The translations under genes were made by a program, and so were the position numbers. The notes under the pieces were generated by a model. The model made no database searches, had not been told where the DNA came from, and saw nothing but the letters and a program-made list of their open reading frames with translations. Positions 37,909 to 44,934 of a stretch of DNA of 44,934 nucleotides are shown here, one piece after another (position 1 is the first letter of the stretch; each line of letters begins with the position of its first letter). This DNA comes from Octopus bimaculoides (taxonomy: Eukaryota), in assembly GCF_001194135.2 (NCBI RefSeq), contig NC_068982.1:143291498-143336431 (forward strand), given 5' to 3'.

Positions 37909-38312
37909 GGCGGCGAGCTGGCAGAAACGTTAGCACACCGTTCTGAGTTCAAATTCCGCCGAGGTTGACTTCGCCTTTCATCCTTTCGGGGTCGATTAAA
38001 TAAGCACCAGTTTCGTTCTGCGGTCGATCTAATCGACTGGCTCCCGCCTCTCCAAAAATTTTGGGCCTTATGCCTGGAGTAGTAAAGAATATTTTAACGC
38101 TGCGAGCTGGCACAGAGGTTAGCACCCCTGGCGAAATGCTTCGGGGTATTTCGTTTGTCTTTACGTTCTGAGTTCAAATTCTGCCGCGATCGATTTCGCC
38201 TTTGATGCTTTCGGAATTGATAAATTAAGTACCAGTTACGTACTGAGGTCGATCTAATCAACTGGCCCCCTTCCCAAAATTTTCAGGGCTTTGGGCCTTG
38301 AGTAGAAAAGAA
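37909..38312 (+). mobile_element. Two adjacent SINE family A copies (about 37909-38090 and 38100-38312)
   Basis: Both start gcgagctggca and contain ttctgagttcaaatt. The first has an internal deletion. Confidence 0.85.
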
Positions 38313-39081
38313 TGAAAAGCTATAAGTAATCTTCTTTATCCCTTGACGAAGCCATAAATATACAGTCAAAGCATTATGAAATTACAATTATGGAATCAGA
38401 AATCAATCTAAATTTGATATATCGTTTTGTTTACAAGGCCTGTAATTCTGGTGAGAGAGTTAAGTCGATTACATTGACCTCAGAGAACTTCACTAGTGCT
38501 TAATGTATCGAGCCCAAAACGTTGAAAAGCAAATTCAAATTCAATGGTTTCTGAACATACAACATAAAAAGAGCAGAAATAAATATGGTGAAGCACTCTT
38601 TGACCCCGCGTTAACGATTCCGCCTGCTCGCCACTTTACAAGCAGTAAAATAACGACTAATTATAAATCACATCATAGGAGGAGAGATAGGACTAGGCGG
38701 GGCAGGAGGTTACACGTGGATGCAAAAGGTCAATGAAAAGATCACAGATGTTTGGGGAAAGATTTCCAGACATTGGACATTAGATAAAATAAGAACAATA
38801 ATAATCGAAGAGCGAGTATATAGTGCGTGTGTTTATTTTCCAGACAGACAAAAAATTATCATCCCGAAATATAGCGATAATTATAAATTAAGTAAGTTAT
38901 ATGTAAAATTAAGGCCACGTAATAGTTTACTGTTTAAATATTACTGGTTTGATAAAAGGAATGAAATTGTGTTTATGATTTAATCTCTTAATATTGTCTC
39001 GCTAATATTGTGTTGAATATGAAATACCAAACCTATGTAACTGTTTCCTAGATGAATTTTTGAATATCAGCGTCTGCTTAT

Positions 39082-39219
39082 GTAGTAGTAGTAGTAGTAG
39101 TAGCAGCAGCAGCAGCAGCAGCAGTAGTGGCAGTAGTAGTAGCAGTAGTAGTGTGGGTCATGTTAGTAATAGTGATGACAGTTGTAGTGGTGGTAGTAGT
39201 AGTGGTGGTAGTAGTAGTA
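39082..39219. repeat. Compound (AGT/AGC/GGT)n trinucleotide repeat
   Basis: Direct reading. Confidence 0.9.
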
Positions 39220-39299
39220 CATAAATCAGAGCCATTTTACAATTCCGTTTATCAAATTCAAATGTCGAACACGTACAGACTCATGAGAGAATGAGGGGG

Positions 39300-39337
<38 letters not shown>

Positions 39338-39949
39338 GAGGGGGTGGGGTAAGAGACAGGAAAAAATAACAGACAGAGTGACAGGGAAAGAAATCAGACA
39401 AGCCGGACACAAAAATCAACAACGGAAGAATGTGGTATATAAACTGTCCCGAGCAATAGAAAAGGTAAAAGAAAAGAAATATATTAAAATAAACATTAGA
39501 AAGTAATTAAAGAAACACATAGAGCAACCGTTGTTGTTATGGACTTTCTTAACAGGTGTGACAAAGACAGGAAATTTCAAACAGCAAGACAACGTGAAAT
39601 ACCGGAACAAGAAGTAAGAAACGTGCAGCGAAGCACGTAGAAAGCGATATAAGTAAATGCGGCTTCTCTGAATCAGTAGAATCTCTGTATAGACATTACA
39701 AGGTTTTAAACAATTTTGGGTGATATGTAGTTTTTATAATAATATGATTTGATTCTCCGTACAATTATATAAGATTCTACGCGAGATTGTTTTCAGAAGA
39801 CAATAGTATGTGATATATATATAGGTCACCATCAGAAATATTGAATCTACTTATATGATGAAACAGTGAAATAGGCAGTGTGCGTATATACTGGTGATTG
39901 TGTTTGAAGACTTTAATACATACGAGTCTATACAAGAGTTCTGTAAAGT

Positions 39950-40885
39950 AAGCTTACGTTTCGGATAATCATCTTTCATCAACGAGAGTATGTATTTATA
40001 AGTATGTGTATGCAGTGGCGGACTGGGTCTAAAAATATTGGTTGCCAGGAGACTAAGGGGGCCCCCGCAACTACAAGGGGCCCCAGCCGCAACCACAATG
40101 AGGCCCGCCCGTAACTACAATGCTATCATTTTTTTCTTTTTTTTTTGTTAAAAGTATTCTTTTCAACTGTCTATAAGCATGGACATGCTGAAATAATTAA
40201 TGTATTCTTCCAGGAGTGAATAAAAAAATTTTTGACTTGACGGGATGAGGTCCTTAGATACTAACATGGGCCTCCATATATGGATTCTAATGCCACTGGG
40301 GCCCACTAGCCATCGGGCAAGCTAGCACGCTGGCCAGTCCACAATTGTCTGTGTGTACCTGCGTGTGTGTATGTGTGTGCTTGTGTGTGTTTGGATGCGT
40401 ACTATCACTGGGTTGCATGTTATATTAACACAATTAAAAATCTTATGTTTCGGACAAGCATCTTTCATCGATGAGAGTATGTATTTACAGGTATGTGTAT
40501 GTACTTGCGTGCGTGTATATGTGTGATTGTGTGTGTGTATGAGTGCGTAACGTCACTACATTGCGTGTTATAATAACAACATTAAAAAGCCAACGTTTAA
40601 CACAAACATCTTTCATCAATGCGTTTATATATTTACAGGTATTTGTATGTACCTGCGTGTGTGTATGTGTGTGCTTGTGTGTGTATGAGTGCGTAATATT
40701 ACTAACTTGTGTGTTATATCAACAACATTAAAATGCTGACGTTTCGGACAAGCATCTTTCATCAACGAGAGTATGTATTTTCAGGTATTTGTATGTATCT
40801 GCGTGCGTATATGCTTGTGCTTGTGTGTGTATATGAGTGTGTAACGTCACTAGGTTGCGTGTTATATCAACAACATTAAAAATAT
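39950..40885. repeat. Four tandem about 145-bp units (minisatellite), unit 1 interrupted by a MITE
   Basis: Recurrent gtttcggacaagcatctttcatcaacgagagtatgtatttacaggtat...gtgcgtaacgtcact...caacattaaaa starting near 39956, 40449, 40595 and 40741. Confidence 0.9.
40013..40347. mobile_element. hAT-type MITE
   Basis: TIRs cagtggcggactgg and ccagtccacaattg. GC-rich gggccc subterminal motifs. Putative 8-bp TSD tgtgtatg / tctgtgtg (6 of 8 match). Confidence 0.7.
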
Positions 40886-41291
40886 ACTTTTTGAAGTAAT
40901 ACAATGGTTCATGAATTTGGATAGCATAAAAGATATCAACGACGTTTCAGTCTTCATCTGATATACTCGCATGAATATAAAATCATTAAAACTTTTAAGA
41001 TATTGTTATATTTACATTTTGTGATGTGAGTGAATGTTCACATTGCATACATATCCTAAAAGAACAGCGTCCCCACTTCGTTTCTTACTCTTTGTTTACG
41101 TGTTCTCTTACCTTCTTTTACTGTCAACTATTCTTTCTTCTGATGAAAGAATGACATCCAAAACTTTGAGACCCATTCTTTCCATTAAAGCATTAGTCTT
41201 CCATTTTTAAATCTTGTCTCTCCTACGTTGTCCTTTTTAGTATTCACTTTATATACACAAGACAGACAGCCAGGCAGGCAGACAGACAGAC

Positions 41292-41370
<79 letters not shown>

Positions 41371-41371
<1 letters not shown>

Positions 41372-41673
41372 GGCTGTGTGGTAAGAAGCTTGCTTCCCAA
41401 ACACATGGATCTGGGTTCAGTCCCACTGCGTGGCAGCTTGTATATGTATGTGTGTGCGTATGCGTGTGTGTGTTTGTCCCCTTGCCATCGCTTGACAACC
41501 GATGCTGGTGTGTTTATATTGCTGTAACTTACCGTTTCGACAAGAGAGACCGATAGAATAAGTAACAGGCTTACAAAGAATAAGTCTTGGAGTCGATTTA
41601 TTTGACTAACACCACCTTTTCAGGCGGTGCTCCAGCATGGCTGCAATCAGATGACCGGAACAAGTAAAAGAAT
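41371..41673 (+). mobile_element. SINE family B with internal deletion
   Basis: tggctgtgtggtaagaagcttgcttccc...gtcccactgcgtggca, then microsatellite and tail. Another head at 42354-42411 runs into a gap. Confidence 0.85.
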
Positions 41674-41717
41674 ATGCGCCTACTTCTTTGTTAATATTTG
41701 AACCATAAAGTGCAACA

Positions 41718-42060
41718 GCAAGTGGCTTAGTGGTTAGAATATTCGGTTCACGGTAGTAAGGGGCGTGTGTTCCATTCCCAGCGGCACGTTGTGTCCTTGA
41801 CCAAGGCACATTTTTCACGTTGCGTCGGTCCAGTTCACTCAGCTGCCAGAAATGAGCTGTACCTGTAATTCAAACGGCGAACCTTCTCGCATTCCCTGCC
41901 ACGCTGAATCTCCTTGAAAACAAAGTTAAAGTTATACGTGTGCGTGGAGTACTCAGCCACTTGTATGTTAACTTTACGAGCAAGTTGCTCATTTGATCGG
42001 ACTATCTGGAGCACTCGTCGTCGTATCCGGCAGAGAGCTAGTAAGTTATGCATGTTAGCT
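41718..42060 (+). mobile_element. SINE family C
   Basis: gtggcttagtggttag...gtgtccttgaccaaggcac...tactcagccacttg...cactcgtcgtcgt. Confidence 0.8.
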
Positions 42061-42104
42061 ACGAACACATATATATAGATAAACATAATAATAATAATCC
42101 TTTC

Positions 42105-42312
42105 TACTATAGGCACACGGCCTAGATTTTGTGGGAAGGGAAACAATTGATCACATCGACCCCAGTATTCAACTGGTACTTTATTTCTCGACCCCAAAAA
42201 GATGAAAGATAAAGTTAACCTCGGCGGAATTTGAACTCAGAACGTAGCGACGGGCGAAATACCGCTAAGCATTTTGTCCAGTGTGCTTACGATTCTGGCA
42301 GCTCGCCGCCTT
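42105..42312 (-). mobile_element. SINE family A
   Basis: Contains the reverse complement of the family A head and body (ggcggaatttgaactcagaacgt...ttctggcagctcgccgcc). Confidence 0.85.
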
Positions 42313-43575
42313 AAATAATAATAATAATAATAATAACAACAACAACATTATATGCGCAGGAGTGGGTGTGTGGTAAGAAGCTTGCTTACCAACCACATGG
42401 TTCTGGGTTCANNNNNNNNNNNNNNNNNNNNNNNNNNNNNNNNNNNNNNNNNNNNNNNNNNNNNNNNNNNNNNNNNNNNNNNNNNNNNNNNNNNNNNNNN
42501 NNNNNNNNNNNNNNNNNNNNNNNNNNNNNNNNNNNNNNNNNNNNNNNNNNNNNNNNNNNNNNNNNNNNNNNNNNNNNNNNNNNNNNNNNNNNNNNNNNNN
42601 NNNNNNNNNNNNNNNNNNNNNNNNNNNNNNNNNNNNNNNNNNNNNNNNNNNNNNNNNNNNNNNNNNNNNNNNNNNNNNNNNNNNNNNNNNNNNNNNNNNN
42701 NNNNNNNNNNNNNNNNNNNNNNNNNNNNNNNNNNNNNNNNNNNNNNNNNNNNNNNNNNNNNNNNNNNNNNNNNNNNNNNNNNNNNNNNNNNNNNNNNNNN
42801 NNNNNNNNNNNNNNNNNNNNNNNNNNNNNNNNNNNNNNNNNNNNNNNNNNNNNNNNNNNNNNNNNNNNNNNNNNNNNNNNNNNNNNNNNNNNNNNNNNNN
42901 NNNNNNNNNNNNNNNNNNNNNNNNNNNNNNNNNNNNNNNNNNNNNNNNNNNNNNNNNNNNNNNNNNNNNNNNNNNNNNNNNNNNNNNNNNNNNNNNNNNN
43001 NNNNNNNNNNNNNNNNNNNNNNNNNNNNNNNNNNNNNNNNNNNNTGTATGTATGTATGTATGTATTTAGATGCTTTTATATTGAAGTAATACAAACTATT
43101 TCTATTACATATATATGTTATCATACATAACGTTCCTTAATCACGTTTCTCATCTCTCATCATCTGCCATCGATGTCGCTCTCCTGCTTTAATTTCCTCC
43201 CAACTTATTTGCATTTTTCTGCTATTTTTCAGCTTCAATATATTTTTTGTTTCTTTTTTTTTTCTTTAACCTCTGTCATTTCTTTCCCCTCCTCCCCCCC
43301 CCAATCTATCCAACCACATGTTTTCTAACATATCGCAATTATGCCTTCCCCCAATGATACAACCAAGTATTTTCGAAACTTCTGAAATACTCAATGCAAC
43401 CACACACACACAAACACAGACACACACTCACATACACACACTCACATACACACACAGATATATACTAATCAATCTCGTCCACCACATAGCCTTCTCACAC
43501 TCCTCCCCTTACCTCTGCTTCTATCTAATCTTTACCTCTCCCTCCTCCCACTCCTCTCTATTCCTCTACATTAAC

Positions 43576-43627
<52 letters not shown>

Positions 43628-44429
43628 GTATATTTTCACACGTCACACAGTTGCTCACTCTCACTGCCCTCAAGACTAAAAAATACACTCAACTCCCTCC
43701 CTCTCTCCCACATACTCACTCTTTTCTTACTCTCGTCTGCCTATCCTTTTCCCTTTTACTACACCCATTTATTTCCCCCACATTTCTCCATCATATTTTT
43801 TCTTCCTGTTTATTGCTTCTAATTATTTTTTCTTTTCACCTGCTTCTCATGAAGTATATTTTTTTTATTAATATTTATAGTTTTTAATAAATATTTTCAG
43901 ATGATTTTTTTTTATATGTAAATTTTTATGTGTTATTTGACGTTTTTCTATGCTTTTTTTTTCTTTAGCGTATACACGTCTGGTTACGTGTAAATAGTTA
44001 AATGTAGCTTATACGTGTTTAGGCATATCGGCAAAAGCAAGTACGTGGGTATGTGTGTCTGTGCGTGTGCACTTGTGTGTGCATGTGTATGTGTATATCT
44101 GCGCGTGTGTGTGTGTATGTGCGTGTGTATATATGTGTGTATGTGTGTGCCTGTGTATGTGTGTATGTGTGTGCGTGTGTATATATGTGTGCAAATGTAT
44201 GTGATGATATGCTTTTATACACATAAATGAAACAACAGTGTACGTGTGTAGCTTTGCTCGTACGCGTTTATGCAAGCGTATATGTGTGTGTGTGTGTGTG
44301 TTTGTGTGTATGTGTCTGTGTGTGTGTGTGCGTGTATGTGTGTGCGGATGTGTCTGTGAACTGGTGTCGTGCATATGATTACGAGTACAAGTGTGTATCC
44401 ATGTATTTATTATTGCGTATATAGATTAA

Positions 44430-44432
44430 TAA

Positions 44433-44524
<92 letters not shown>

Positions 44525-44528
44525 GTAT

Positions 44529-44565
<37 letters not shown>

Positions 44566-44677
44566 CATATATATATATGTATGTATACATATATATGTAT
44601 GTATACATATATATATATGTATGTATATATATATATATGCATGTATGTATACATATATATATATGTATGTATATATA

Positions 44678-44708
<31 letters not shown>

Positions 44709-44897
44709 GTATATATATATGTATGTATGTATACATATATATATATGTATGTATATATATATATATGTATGTATATATATATATGTATGTATGTATACAT
44801 ATATATATATGTATATATGTATATATATATATGTATATATGTATATATATATATATGTATGTATATATATATGTATGTATGTATATATATATGTATG

Positions 44898-44934
<37 letters not shown>
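44430..44934. repeat. Long compound (TA)n/(TATG)n array running to the window end
   Basis: Direct reading. It explains the YIYI-type pseudo-ORFs. Confidence 0.95.

Noticed and set aside
38503-38983. Two adjacent short ORFs (77 and 87 aa), including IRTIIIEE
   Set aside because: No recognisable domain, no credible splice boundaries, and the wrong position relative to the receptor exon order.
39232-39297. cag|AG CCA TTT giving EPF in the phase expected for the next receptor exon
   Set aside because: It continues YNSVYQIQMSNTYRLMRE* with no M1 helix, and there is no polypyrimidine tract.
1-44934. CRISPR arrays, rRNA, true tRNA genes or prokaryotic operon-type systems
   Set aside because: None seen. 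The tRNA-like A/B boxes all belong to multicopy SINE heads, and the sequence is eukaryotic intron.

Overview
AT-rich, microsatellite-dense animal genomic DNA with N gaps. The recurring tRNA-derived SINE families look like those of Octopus, so a coleoid cephalopod source is my inference. The window is almost entirely intronic sequence of one + strand GluN2-type NMDA receptor gene. Only two coding exons are supportable: 16025-16163 and 23764-23953. They encode the S1 ligand-binding segment and are joined in frame by a 7.6-kb GT-AG intron. The rest is decayed transposons: two fold-back Penelope-like elements, R4/Dong-type and CR1-like LINE remnants, Tc1/mariner and hAT remnants, three SINE families, simple repeats and local duplications. 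Most ORFs in the supplied track are microsatellite or N-gap artefacts. The best leads are: a minimal hammerhead ribozyme motif with a compensatory U3-A8 core, identical in both arms of one Penelope fold-back; a second, long-stem hammerhead-like motif; a 5-nt stop-codon microexon or recursive splice site; a duplicated splice donor; and Lys at the normally Thr agonist-binding position of the receptor. None of these has been tested. TE and SINE boundaries are approximate and were aligned by eye.
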